Shown here: in pieces, positions 52,935 through 64,000 of the stretch
How the letters are laid out: each line of letters opens with the position of its first letter
Numbering within the stretch: the stretch's first letter is position 1
NCBI GenBank assembly: GCA_963806535.1
Contig: CAWDYC010000010.1
Coordinates: 1-64,000 of the forward strand
Direction of reading: 5' to 3'
Length of the DNA stretch: 64,000 nt
Source of the DNA: Candidatus Bathyarchaeota archaeon
GTDB lineage: Archaea; Thermoproteota; Bathyarchaeia; Bathyarchaeales; Bathycorpusculaceae
Made by a program: the position numbers and the translations under genes
The notes under the pieces: generated by a model
The model's database searches: none
The model's input: only the letters and a program-made list of their open reading frames with translations
What the model was told of the DNA's origin: nothing

Positions 52935-53095
52935 TGTATTTTTTTCTTTGTGTTTTGGGTTATTTTTGGTTCGATCGGTTCATAAAAGAATGCTGGTTGG
53001 AAAACTTGAAGGACAAGCGATGGAGAAGCTTTCTTGCGCATGTTGGTATCTTTGTTTGCGTTTACTCTTTGCTTTTTGATTTTTTACAGGCAGTT
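52935..53095 (-). repeat. Two degenerate cores R17
   Basis: Reverse complement reads AACCAAAAATAACCCAAAACACAAAGAAAA and CCTGTAAAAAATCAAAAAGCAAAG..AAACGCAAACAAA. Confidence 0.6.
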
Positions 53096-53709
53096 TTTCT
53101 TGGGTTATAATTGGGGGTTGATTTGATGCAGATAATGATAGACTATTCCTCCACAGTAGACATTTCGATTAGGATTTTTACTGACCTTTTGTGAAGTGCT
53201 CTGGCTTAAACAGAAGGCTGATCCTTTATACTTCACTTCCAAAGATAAATTCAATTTCTGCCGCATTGTTTGAGGAAACGCATCCAAAACAACTTGAGGT
53301 AGCAATCGTCTCAAAACAAGCATATTCAAAGTTTTAGCCTCATTGCTCTATTAAATCGCACGATGCATTACGTTAATAAACAATTTGTTTCTTGGGCTTC
53401 ACAAAAAACTGTTCCACACAGAAACAACTAACACGTCATGATTGATTAAAAGTTTTAAACCGCGAGTGGAAAAAGTTTACGAACCAAAAAATTTACAAGT
53501 GTCCACCAAGAACACCCGCCACTATTGAAATTATAAAAAGCACAATAATACCAATAACTATGATTTTTTTAGTTGAAGACTTCATTTCGATCTGATTTCC
53601 ACGGATCTTTTGCAGAGATATACTCTTTATTTGAATTTAGGCTTTGTGAATTCAGAATTAAGCTAGATTTTGGGTTTTTAACAATTCTCAAATTTGCATG
53701 GCGATTTTA

Positions 53710-54271
53710 TTACTTTCTAAATTTGCTTTCTAAGCCCAAATGTTTCCTAAATATTTCTTCTCGCCATTTCCCTTCCCAACTAGCCCAACCAGTCTTCACA
53801 AGACTCTCGCGCAAATGAGGACTCTGAGCAACCCAATCGAGAAAACTCCAAAACCGCCTCTTATCTTGAAGCATCTCTCGCGGCACACCTTTTTCAACAC
53901 ACCACCTAACATAGGCATCGTCAACCAGCTGTCTGAGCTCGCCTGTAGATTGGACTTTTTTAACTTTGAACCCTTGCTTCTGCAGATGCTCAATTACATT
54001 TGGATAGAACGTATTCTGAACAAACATTAAAGCAGGTTTCACTATCAGGCTGCATCACAGCAACAATTTCATCTGCAATCTTTACGGCATCATCTAAGTA
54101 TTTCTTATTTCTAAAGTTCGGAGGCTGAAAAGATGACGTGGAAATTCTGCGTTCCAAAAGCATCGGTTGTGGAGGTTTAAGCGCACCAACAACAACACCC
54201 AACAAGAGATCACTCCACCCAGATGCATCTATCAAAATCATTTTACCGGGAAGAAAACAATCCAACGCCAT
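53710..54271 (-). CDS. Hypothetical protein, frameshifted near 54000
   Basis: Two overlapping ORFs (53990-54271, 53710-54042) read as one protein. Confidence 0.6.
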
Positions 54272-54881
54272 AATTAATTCGCCAGCCGCTCAAACAGCCT
54301 TTCGGTAATTTCTATGGAGCCAAACATAATTTAATCCTTCTGGTGCAACTGCTTTTGGTGGGTTTCTAATGAAAAAACTAATCTTTTTAGTTGGGGAAGC
54401 AAAAACTGAATTCTGTGTTCATAATCATTAACTAAGAGCTATCCTTCTTTATTAAAGAAAACAATAAGTGAAATTCGAGCACTCATTAGAAAGCAAAAAT
54501 TGATTTTAAAGCCGTATAAAATAAGCATTGAACGATTATATACCCAAAATCTTTAAGTTGTCCATTTACAGAAGATGTATGCACAGCAAAACAGTGCTGG
54601 AATGCGACGTTTTCAAAAAATCCACAAAATCAAAGATGAAAAACTAGGCAACCCAAACAAAGCCAATGCCCTGAAAAATCTTGGTTGTTTAACTAATTTG
54701 TAAATGGATTCAATTCGCGTTATACTTTTCTTCTTCAATTATTGTTATGGGGAAAACGGAAGCAGTTAATGGTAAAATGAATTTACTACCTAACGAGCCT
54801 CAACAAAATAATAGAATTAATTTTAATGGCTAAAAAATATTCGTGAAACAAAAGACTTAGAAACTTAAGGCGCCAATTCTA

Positions 54882-55496
54882 TCATAGTCCTGGAATGTTC
54901 GAGTCAACCAAGTTAATGTCCATATTGTAAGATTGCCCTTCGACTGAGGTTGGAGAAGTCATAACCATCTTGATTGGCCAATGAACCGTATCATCAACAT
55001 AGTACGCAGCGCTAATGCCTTCGTTATTATACTCGTAGACAGTGCAGCTTCGTGTTCCAAGCTTTGCCAAAGTTACCTGAGTACTATAGGTGCTGTTCAG
55101 AGTCATATTCGGTGGTTGGAAAGTCATGTCTTGTCTGCTTACCCAAGTGGTGGTTTCATTTTCTGATGCGCCATATGGTGTTGACATGTTATAGTCTGTT
55201 GCAACTTGGATATGGGTTTGGTTAAAGTCTACTATTTCCATTCTTGCATTGAAGGAGACATCAATTCCCATAATACTGACCTGGCCATCATATGTTGCGT
55301 AAGCACCTACTTTCATCCAAGATTGTGGATTGGTTTGGGTGCCAGATTGATTATTGGATGGGTTTTGACCGCTCATCAATATCGAAGCAGTTAAACCTAT
55401 TGCCAACGCGACAACTAAAACAACGGCGGCGACTACCAATAATCTCCTTTTGTTATTTGCAGGAATTTTTGTGTTTTGCTGATTAGATTCCGACAT
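54882..55496 (-). CDS. Membrane-anchored hypothetical protein
   Basis: N-terminal TM, WMKVGAYATY, beta-rich domain. Confidence 0.75.
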   Translation of the reverse strand: MSESNQQNTKIPANNKRRLLVVAAVVLVVALAIGLTASILMSGQNPSNNQSGTQTNPQSWMKVGAYATYDGQVSIMGIDVSFNARMEIVDFNQTHIQVATDYNMSTPYGASENETTTWVSRQDMTFQPPNMTLNSTYSTQVTLAKLGTRSCTVYEYNNEGISAAYYVDDTVHWPIKMVMTSPTSVEGQSYNMDINLVDSNIPGL

Positions 55497-55662
55497 CCGT
55501 CATCAATTTAGCAATGTATTGAATATTGCGATACAATTATATGTCTTATGGAAGCCCGATGTAGATTTGAAATCAATAAAACTAATTTGCGGAAACAGAT
55601 ATATCCAATTGAGGGTGCTTGCCAAAGAGCTATCATTTTTCCCTTAAATTGAAGGTTAAATC

Positions 55663-55770
55663 GGTTGTTGACGAATTTTTGTGAGTTTTTGTTCTTCGTG
55701 TTTTGTTTGTTTTTTGTTTTAGAGCTTGAATCAATTGCAGGCTGAGTGAAATTAAATGAAAAAAGTGAAG
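55663..55770 (-). repeat. Phased-array/core element R18
   Basis: Reverse complement: ttcac units, CTCAGCCTGCAA..CAAGCTCTAAAAC..AAAACACGAAGAACAAA, tail CACAAAAATTCGTCAAC. Confidence 0.85.
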
Positions 55771-55962
55771 GAACAGTTAATCTGGCTATTTCATCAACAG
55801 TTACTTTTGATAACGAAGAAGGCTTTGTAGATTTGTTTTCACTTTTTTGCACTCTTTTTATTAAGTAAACTGTCTATTTTGCTTAATTAAACTTGCATAA
55901 TAAACAAGCTTACGAGCGCATGCAACAAATTAGTTAAATATTCGATTTCTTTGTGTAGTTTC

Positions 55963-56105
55963 AGGAGAGGTAAAACAGCGGCGTCGAGCCGAGGGCAAAC
56001 AGCAGAGTTGAGTTCTCCTCATATTATCTTATGAAGTGCTCAACCTAAACCGTCTGTTACCCTTTGAAAGCTCGCACTTTCTGCGAAGCCTCTCGTAAGG
56101 AGAAA
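55963..56105 (+). ncRNA. Candidate structured 5' leader RNA
   Basis: TATA-like TTAAATA at 55934; nested stems GAGAGG/CCTCTC, CGAGC/GCTCG, GAGGG/CCCTT, AACAG/CTGTT, GTTGAG/CTCAAC, TCATA/TATGA; GC-richer than flanks. Confidence 0.55.
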
Positions 56106-56113
56106 AATAAAAA

Positions 56114-58724
56114 ATGAAAACTCAAACTAAAAAAATAGCAGTCGTTTTAGCAACAATGTTTCTATTGATTTCAATGATGGCAGCATTATCACCAATGATT
56201 CTAGGCGCAACTAAATAATCCAGCAGGAACAATTCAGACATCATACCCTTATGTTAAAGTCGGTCCTAACCCAATAGGCGTCGGTCAAACAGCAACCGTT
56301 ATCATGTTCGTTGGTCAACCCACATTAACCAGCGAACCCGTAACAGGTTGGACTGTGGTTAGTAACCGATCCCAATGGAGTTAAAACAACACTTGGACCC
56401 TTCGTGTCAGACGCAACAGGAGGCACATAACACTATTCACTCCATCAAAAGTCGGCAACTACACATTCCAAGGTTTCGTAGCGCAGGCAAATTTTATCAA
56501 ATAACGTCACTCTGGTCAGCTGGAACATCTAATGTGGACACACTTGTAGTGCAATCACACCCATATCGCTTAGCAGTTATCCGATAACTCCTCTTCCAAC
56601 TCAATGGTGGCAAACTCCAATAACCGCTGAAAACGTACAAAACTGGTACGCTATCTCTGGACCATGGCTTGGATACGGTTCTAACGCTTTTGCTATCACC
56701 GGAGCATACAACAATACACAAAACCAGTACAATCCATACACTCTACCGGTAATGTCTGGTCACGTCCTCTGGACAAAGCCTTGGGCTACCGGCGGAGTAG
56801 TTGGAGGAAACGCAGGCGGAACTGAAAGCAGCCACTTCTGGTCAACCAACCAATACTGGCCTAAATATGCACCAGTCATAATGAACGGTATAATGTACTC
56901 CACCCAATTTGACACAGACACCTCAAACAATCACGGCACAATTGCAACTGACTTATACACTGGAAAAACACTCTGGACACTCAACAGCACTAGCGGTAAC
57001 TTAGTTTGCGGCATGGAAACTTTCTACAAGAATCCTAATCAATACGGCACAGTCGGTCCATACATCGTCACCACGGGAGTCCTTCCAGGAATGACGGTAA
57101 TAGTCATTCTGGAACAGCATACAATCTCTGGGATGCATTGAACGGACAATATGCAGGCAGCATCATAAACGCGCCTGCAATGGGTTGATTCGGTCCGTTC
57201 GGAGGACCAGAATGGGGTGCAGATGACAACGGAAACTTAATCGCTTACAACGTTGACAACTCTAATGCGACTAAACCGATGCTTCAATTGTTTAACATGA
57301 CAGCTTGCTCTTGGAGAGGCCTTGCAATTTCGGGTGGACTCCACCACAAGGCGGCATTTTCAATTGGAACAGATGGAATAGTATGGTCTAAACCAATATT
57401 CACAAGTGTTAATGGTGGAGCATTAAAGACAGGACTCGCAGTAAACGGAGTAACAAACAATGAAGTAATCTTGACTGGCGAATTCACTTTCGGACAATTC
57501 TACGGCGGATTGCAACAAGGCTATAATATTGTAGCAGGCATGGACGCAACATACTGGCGCTCAGCTATGGATTAAAAACTTCACATCAGCAGATTCCTAA
57601 TACTCTTGCACCATGGACAAGGACACAAATGCAGATTTTCGACGGACTATGGGTTCAAGTAAACGAGGATAATGATGCCGTATTCGCAGTAAATGCAAGA
57701 CAGGCACTAAGGCATGGCAAACAACTCTGCCCGCCAGGCATAAACAACGAATGGATACGATGTGTTTAACCTCAGAACCTATCAACGGACTTGGCTGCCT
57801 CATATGCGTAGGCTTCGGAGGAGACATCTGGTGCATCAACGAAACAAGACGGACAAACGATAGATGGCAAACAGACACCATCAAGCTCTTAGGCAATCCA
57901 GGACTTGAAACACCCTACGCTACATGGCCACTATGGACCTTCATCTGCGATTGCATAACCAACGACGTAGGATACTTCGCAGTTGGCCACGAATACAACC
58001 CACCGCTATTCCACGGCGCACAACTAATAGCACTTAACATGACAAATGGACAAATTCATCTGGAGCGAATTAGACATGTCCATTGAATCCACAGAAATCT
58101 CATACGGCATCATGCTATCACGCAACGCATACGACAACCAAATATACGCATTCGGCAAAGGACCAAGCGCAACGACAGTTACTGCACCACAAGTTGGAGT
58201 AACAACACAGTACACCAATAACCATAACCGGAACAGTAATGGACGTCTCTGCAGGCGCATCCCAAAGTGCAGTTGCAAAGAACTTCCCCAACGGTCTACC
58301 ATGCGTTTCTGACGCAAAGCCAGAGCCACTGGATGGAATATGTCTACCAGCAACAACCGGTCACCAGCAAACACTACTGGCGTTCCAGTTACCTTAAGCG
58401 TCATAGATGCCAACAACAACTTTAGAACAATCGGCACAACTACAAGCGACGCAAGCGGAACATATCGCTTATACATGGACACCTGACATACCAGGCGCAT
58501 ACGCAGTCATCGCATCATTCGGAGGATCCAACTCATACTACGGATCATCAGCTGAAACCCACTTCTACGCTAGCTCAGCCATGCAGCAACACCTAGCACC
58601 AGCAGCTACACCAGAAACAGGCCTAGCAAGCAACACTACGCTAGAATACGGAATCATAGCAGTCATAATCGTCATCATCATCATCGGCGCTGTTCTAGCG
58701 TTGTTGATTATGAGAAAGAAATAA
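56114..58724 (+). CDS. Large secreted PQQ-like beta-propeller protein with C-terminal TM, heavily frameshifted
   Basis: Signal peptide, PNPIGVGQ, HVLWTKP..GG, DLYTGKTLW, HEYNPP, YDNQIYAFGKGPS, WTPDIPG.Y, TM + RKK. Confidence 0.8.
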
Positions 58725-58749
58725 AATCGACAAACACAAAATAAACAAC

Positions 58750-58772
58750 CATTTCCTTTTTTTATTTTTTTT
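58750..58772 (+). terminator. Oligo-T terminator-like tract
   Basis: CCTTTTTTTATTTTTTTT shortly after the stop codon. Confidence 0.45.
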
Positions 58773-58814
58773 GTTATAAATATTCGTCTTGTGGACTTTT
58801 TGAGTATTCGAATT

Positions 58815-58930
58815 AGTTATTGACGGTTTTTTGCGCAGGGTTTTCTTTGTGTTTTAGGTTGTTTTTTTGGTTTGGGGTTTGGTTTATTTGTAGGTTGAGT
58901 CGAATAAAGTCGAAATAAGTCCAAAAAGTT
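58815..58930 (-). repeat. Phased-array/core element R19
   Basis: Reverse complement: gac units, CTCAACCTACAAA..ACAACCTAAAACACAAAGAAAA, tail GCAAAAAACCGTCAATAA. Confidence 0.88.
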
Positions 58931-58991
58931 CAGGCTCAAAAGTGGGGAGTTGAAGCCAGCAGGCTGTTCAGTTTTATTTTTCAGAAGAGAA

Positions 58992-59130
58992 ATTTTGTTG
59001 TTTGTGTTTCAGTTTGCTTTTTTGTTTCAGGATTTGCTTTGTTTGCAGGTTGAGACTATAATTGACTGATTTAGACCCTTTGTGACCATATTAGACTATA
59101 ATTGACTATACTTGACTCTTTTTGACTTAT
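58992..59130 (-). repeat. Phased-array/core element R20
   Basis: Eight units at 10-bp period (GAC on + ending 59056-59126, i.e. GTC on the core strand), then TCAACCTGCAAACAAAGC..AAAAAAGCAAACTGAAACACAAAC. Confidence 0.9.
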
Positions 59131-59196
59131 TTTTTTTGTCTCTCTCTCAAAGTCGACAATTTGGCAAAATATTACTAATTGAAGCGTCTTATGATT

Positions 59197-62100
59197 TTAC
59201 CAGAGTTTCCAAGGTAACTCGTCCATGTACTCGTTGAGTGATCGGATTGAAGTGCCGTTTTTGCCCTTCTGCTTTAACACATCCACAAGTGCAGCGGCCA
59301 ACTGCAGATTCGTGATAACTGGTACGTTGAATTCTACTGCTTGACGTCTAATTATGTAGCCGTCGGTTAAAATGTCTGAGAAACTATTCTGTCGATTAGC
59401 AATAGGCACGTTAATCACTAAATCTATCTTATGCTCCTGAAGGTAATCCAGAACGTTTGGGTTAGCTTGAGCCTCTTTAACTTTGAAGAGAACAGTTGCA
59501 TTAATGCCTGCATCATTGAGAACTTTAGCTGTATGCGCAGTAGCGTAGATTTTGACGCCCATCTCAGCAAAAGCCTGAGCTATCGGCACAACCCGTTTTT
59601 TGCGTTCTTCATCGCCGCCAACACTTATGAACACTGCCCCATCTTTTGGCGGAATATTAAATTCTGCAGACTGCAAAGCTTTTGAGAATGCATCAGAGAA
59701 GTTTTCTCCTAAACAGGCTACCTCGCCAGTACTGAGCATTTCAACTCCGAGAACAGGGTCGGCACCGCTTAAGCGCATGAAGCTGAACTGTGGAACTTTA
59801 ACTCCGACGTGAGGCGCAACAGTCATTGGTGAGAGTTGAACGCCGTCGATTTTTTTGCCCAACATAGCCAAAGTGGCGAGTTCAATTAGGTTTATTCCTC
59901 GTGTTTTGCTTACAAATGGCATTGAACGAGATGCCCGCAAATTACATTCGATAACGTTTACAACGTCGTCTTTGACAAGGTACTGGATGTTGAATGGTCC
60001 ATGAATGTTGAGGGCTTTAACTATGCGTTGTGTGCAATCCTCAATTTTCTCTTGAACCTCAAGTTTTAACGCTTGAGGTGGAATGGTCATGGTTGCATCG
60101 CCGCTGTGGACACCAGCGTTTTCCACATGCTCCATTATGGCGCCGATTAGAACAGTTTCACCGTCTGAAACTCCGTCGACCTCAACTTCTTTTGCACGAT
60201 TTATGAATTTGCTGATAACTACTGGATGATCACGTGAAACCTTCGCGGCTAAGTTAAGGAAATTCTCCAGAGACGTTTCGTTGTATGCTACACGCATCGC
60301 TGAACCTGACAGCACATAGCTTGGACGAACAATAACTGGGTACCCGATTTTGTCAGCAAACCGTTTCGCATCAGCAATTGATAATAGTTTGCTCCAAGGT
60401 GGCTGAGAAATTCCCAAGTTGATCTAGAAGTGCACTGAATTTTGAGCGGTCTTCAGCTAAATCAACGTTTTCAGCAGATGTGCCAAGAAGTTTTACGCCT
60501 GCATTGGAGAGTTTCATGGCTAAATTATTTGGAATTTGACCGCCGACGCTGGTGATTACGCCAAGCGGGTTTTCTTTTTCGTAAATATCTAAAATGCGTT
60601 CAATTGTTAGTTCTTCAAAGTAAAGTTTGTCTGAAACATCATAGTCTGTTGAAACGGTTTCTGGGTTATAATTGACCATTATGGCTTCTTTTATGCCGTT
60701 TTTCTTAAGTGCCCAGATAGTGTTGACGCCGCACCAGTCAAACTCTACGCTTGAACCTATGCGAAAGACGCCGGCTCCAAGAACAATAACTTTGCTTTCT
60801 GTAGTGCTTAATTCTATGTCGTCTTCGTCTCCGCCGTAAGTCAGGTAGAGATAGTTTGTTTTTGCTGGCCACTCAGCGGCTAAAGTGTCAATTTGCTTTA
60901 CTGCTGGGATGATGTTTGCGCTTTTTCTAAATGCCCTAATTGTAAATTCGTCTGTGCCTTGGCATTGAGCAATTTGTTCATCTGAGAAGCCTAAGCGTTT
61001 AGCTTCACGAATAATTTCTGCTGCAGAGCTTTCTGCAAGGTTTAGAGTGCGAAGTTCTGCTTCCATATTAATTATGTTCTGGATTTTATGCAGGAAAAAT
61101 GGGTCTACTCCGCTTAGACGGTATATTTCAGAGATGGGTATGCCTATTTTTAATGCTTTAACAATTTTGTAGAGTCGTTCGTCGGTGGGGTTAGCCATTT
61201 CATCTCTTAATCTTTCTTCAGATTCAGGTTCAGAATCTTCTGGGTTACAGACTAATCCTATTTTGCCGGTATCCAACATGCGAACGGCTTTTTGCAGTGC
61301 TTCTTCAAAGCAGCGTCCAATCGCCATAACCTCGCCAACAGAACGCATCTGGGGACCAACGTGTCGGTCTGCATTCTTGAATTTCTGGAGGTCCCAACGT
61401 GGGATTTTGACGGTTATGTAGTCTAAGGCTGGTTCGAAGCAGGCGGTTGTGACTTCAGTTACTTTGTTAATCAATTCTGGAAGCGTATAGCCAAGCGTTA
61501 GTTTTGTCGCTATGTAGGCTAAGGGGTAACCTGTTACTTTGCTTGCTAGGGCAGAGCTTCGGGACATGCGTGAGTTAACTTCGATTACGCGGTATTCTTC
61601 TGATTTAGGGTTAAGTGCCCATTGGATGTTGCATTCGCCAACAATGCCTAAGCTTCGGATTGCGTTTATCGAGGTGGATCGAATAAGATGGTATTCACGG
61701 TTTGATCAGGGTTTGTGACGGCGCAACAACTATAGAGTCGCCTGTGTGGACGCCCATGGGGTCAAAGTTTTCCATGTTGCAAACGGTTAAGCAGTTGTCG
61801 GAGTAGTCCCGCATTACTTCATATTCGACTTCTTTCCAGTGCCCAACATACTCTTCGATAAGCACTTGACCTATGCGGCTTTGAGCTATACCACGTGTTG
61901 CTATCTCTTTTAGTTCTGCAACGTTGTGGGCTACGCCTGCACCTTTCCCGCCAAGAGTGTAGGCAACACGCACTATAACGGGGTAACCGATTTCCTCAGC
62001 CACTTCCAACGCATGATTAACGCTTGTAGCTGATTTGCTTTGTAGAGGGGGAACTCCTGCTTTGAGCATGGCTTGGCGGAACCGTTCTCTGTCACCCGTG

Positions 62101-62474
62101 TCTTCTATGGCTTTGACAGGGGTGCCTAAGACTTTACAATTATATTTTTGCAGGATGCCTTTTTTCTCAAGTTCCAAACCGCAGTTTAAGGCTGTTTGTC
62201 CGCCGAACCCCAAAAGTATGCCGTCTGGGCGTTCTTTCTCGATGACTCTTTCGACATATTCAGGGGTGACTGGAAGAAGATACACTTTGCCAGATAAACG
62301 TGGGTCAGTCTGAATAGTGGCTATGTTAGGGTTAATCAGAACTGTTTCAATGCCCTCTTCTTTGAGAGCTTTGAGACATTGGCTTCCTGAATAATCAAAT
62401 TCGGCTGCTTCACCGATTTTTATGGCGCCGCTTCCAAGAACCATCACTTTCTTTATCCAATCAAACTTGGGCAT
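59197..62474 (-). CDS. carB: Carbamoyl-phosphate synthase large subunit (two frameshifts, probably errors)
   Basis: [47 protein letters not shown] domain. Confidence 0.95.
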
Positions 62475-63619
62475 TACTTAACCTCCAAGGTTTTAGCGAA
62501 TTTGTCAAAAAGCAACTCGGTGTCATATGGTCCTGGTGAAGCTTCAGGATGCCACTGTACTGCAAAAACTGGCTTGTTTCTGTGTTTGATGCCTTCGATT
62601 GTTTTGTCGTTGGGATTTACAAACCATGGTTCCAGCGGCGTTTTCTTTAAGGATTCTAAATCAACAGCGTAACCGTGATTTTGAGTTGTAATGTAACAGC
62701 GATTGTTGTTTATATCGAGGGCTGGTTGGTTTTGAGCGCGATGTCCAAATTTGAGTTTGTAAGTGTCTCCGCCCATTGATAATGCTAATATTTGAGCGCC
62801 AAGGCAAATGCCCATTAGCGGCACTTTTTCGGTTAATTCTTTTATGCACTGGATTGTTTCGGTGCATTTTTTGGGGTCGCCTGGACCGTTGCTTAAGAAT
62901 ACACCGTCAGGGTTGTAAGCCATTACTTCGCTGGCTGAAGTGTCATAGGGCACTCGTACAACGTTTATTCCCCGTTTAAGCAGGTTGCGGATGATGCTGT
63001 ATTTGACTCCGCAGTCAATTAGGACAACAGTTTTTTTGCCGTCAACGCTGTATTTGACGGGTTTTTTAACTGAAACTTCCTTAACTAAATCAGTTAAGTT
63101 TGGGTCAGCGATGTTTTTGCCGTTCTTTAAAATCGCATCCAAATCAGGTTCTTCGCCTTCTTCAAAAACCTGCAGAATCCCCAGCATGACACCGTGGGTT
63201 CGAAGTTTCTTTGTTAAACGTCTGGTGTCTATTCCATAGATTCCGGGAACGCCTTCGTCTAGAAGCCACTTATCAAGTGTTCTTGTTGATGCCCAATGGA
63301 AGGGTTCATGGCATAACTCGTGAATAATTAATCCTTGAACCTGAATGTGGTCGGATTCAAAATAGAGTGGAAGACCAAGGTTTAATTCGTTTGATGGAAC
63401 GCCATAGTTGCCTATAAGCGGGTAAGTTAATGTTAAAACTTGACCTTTATACGATGGGTCAGTTAGCGCTTCTGGATAACCAACCATCTGTGTTGAAAAA
63501 ACTACTTCGCCGCTGATTTTTCCTGTTGCTCCAAAACCGTTACCGATAAATGACGTTCCGTCTTCAAGAAGCAGAATCGCTTTTTTATTTTTGTTGAACG
63601 TGTTATGTTGTGGGACCAA
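62474..63619 (-). CDS. carA: Carbamoyl-phosphate synthase small subunit
   Basis: [36 protein letters not shown]. Confidence 0.97.
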   Translation of the reverse strand: MVPQHNTFNKNKKAILLLEDGTSFIGNGFGATGKISGEVVFSTQMVGYPEALTDPSYKGQVLTLTYPLIGNYGVPSNELNLGLPLYFESDHIQVQGLIIHELCHEPFHWASTRTLDKWLLDEGVPGIYGIDTRRLTKKLRTHGVMLGILQVFEEGEEPDLDAILKNGKNIADPNLTDLVKEVSVKKPVKYSVDGKKTVVLIDCGVKYSIIRNLLKRGINVVRVPYDTSASEVMAYNPDGVFLSNGPGDPKKCTETIQCIKELTEKVPLMGICLGAQILALSMGGDTYKLKFGHRAQNQPALDINNNRCYITTQNHGYAVDLESLKKTPLEPWFVNPNDKTIEGIKHRNKPVFAVQWHPEASPGPYDTELLFDKFAKTLEVK

Positions 63620-63663
63620 AGCCCTATTCTACCTGCGTGTTTGAATTTTTAAGTCTTACGTTT

Positions 63664-64000
63664 TCAGAGCTTGTCTGAAACAGCGTAAGACTCTAAGGTT
63701 GCGTTAAGTTTCTTTTCAGCATCAGCAAGGTTCTTTTTAAGTTTAGCGATGTTGTTTTTTGCATCTGCCATGCTCTTCTTTGCTGTTGCGATTGATTTTT
63801 CAACCTCAACGGCTGAAGGACCGCCTTGCACTTTATAGGTTTCGACTAGTTTACGCGGATTCGTGCATTCAGATATATCCTCTTTCTTAACTGTTAATTT
63901 GACTCCAGCGGCTTCCTTAGCTACTTTTTGAAGCATTTCAGGGGTCGCATCCAGCAAAGTCTCATGAGAATCAATCAATGCCTTGACAAGAGCGCCGACT
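63664..64000 (-). CDS. argH: Argininosuccinate lyase C-terminus (partial, window edge)
   Basis: VGALVK..GGPS..V motif and position upstream of carAB. Confidence 0.7.
   Translation of the reverse strand, partial: VGALVKALIDSHETLLDATPEMLQKVAKEAAGVKLTVKKEDISECTNPRKLVETYKVQGGPSAVEVEKSIATAKKSMADAKNNIAKLKKNLADAEKKLNATLESYAVSDKL

Noticed and set aside
53105-53329. 74-aa ORF
   Set aside because: No motif or clear start signal, so it cannot be supported.
55991-56061. Canonical c-di-GMP-I riboswitch
   Set aside because: Only short words match and the GAAA tetraloop stem and GCAAAG junction are missing. Kept only as an unassigned structured leader.
2605-59130. Element as a classical attC site, REP/BIME or terminator
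   Set aside because: No extended hairpin or R'/R'' boxes, no IntI, and orientation does not follow the adjacent genes.
59197-62474. Split carB, helicase, beta-CASP and PQQ-like genes as pseudogenes or programmed frameshifts
   Set aside because: Single-base indels occur throughout the window, including in housekeeping genes with intact motifs, which fits uncorrected long-read error.

Overview
Archaeal chromosomal window. Gene content (XPB-Bax1, PEF-CTERM/CFI-box/FxLYD surface proteins, PQQ-like propeller, DUF5752) suggests Bathyarchaeia; this is an inference. Many indels split even carB, so most frameshifts are probably long-read errors. Positions 1-26 kb are a patchwork of short cassettes: three PIN-type toxin-antitoxin pairs, a wHTH plus truncated nucleotidyltransferase pair, XPB-Bax1, a YprB/YprA(MrfB/MrfA)-like repair pair, stress genes, duplicated genes and gene relics. 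Positions 27-48 kb hold a GT4/GH130 cluster, clpB, surface proteins, zinc-ribbon genes and a beta-CASP nuclease. Positions 59-64 kb are argH(partial)-carA-carB. The main unexplained feature is a dispersed intergenic element at about 20 loci. It consists of a 10-bp-phased array with a locus-specific unit, locked in register to a conserved ~65-bp core (GACGCAACCTGCAAAC...AAAAGCAACCYAAAACACAAAGAACAAA), often followed by a tail (CACAAAAAACCGTCAATA). All clear copies up to 45.9 kb are on the + strand and all from 50.9 kb on are on the - strand, regardless of neighbouring gene orientation. No integrase, transposase, CRISPR array, rRNA or complete tRNA was recognised. A candidate structured 5' leader RNA precedes the PQQ-like gene. 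Domain names come from motif recognition by eye, not from searches.
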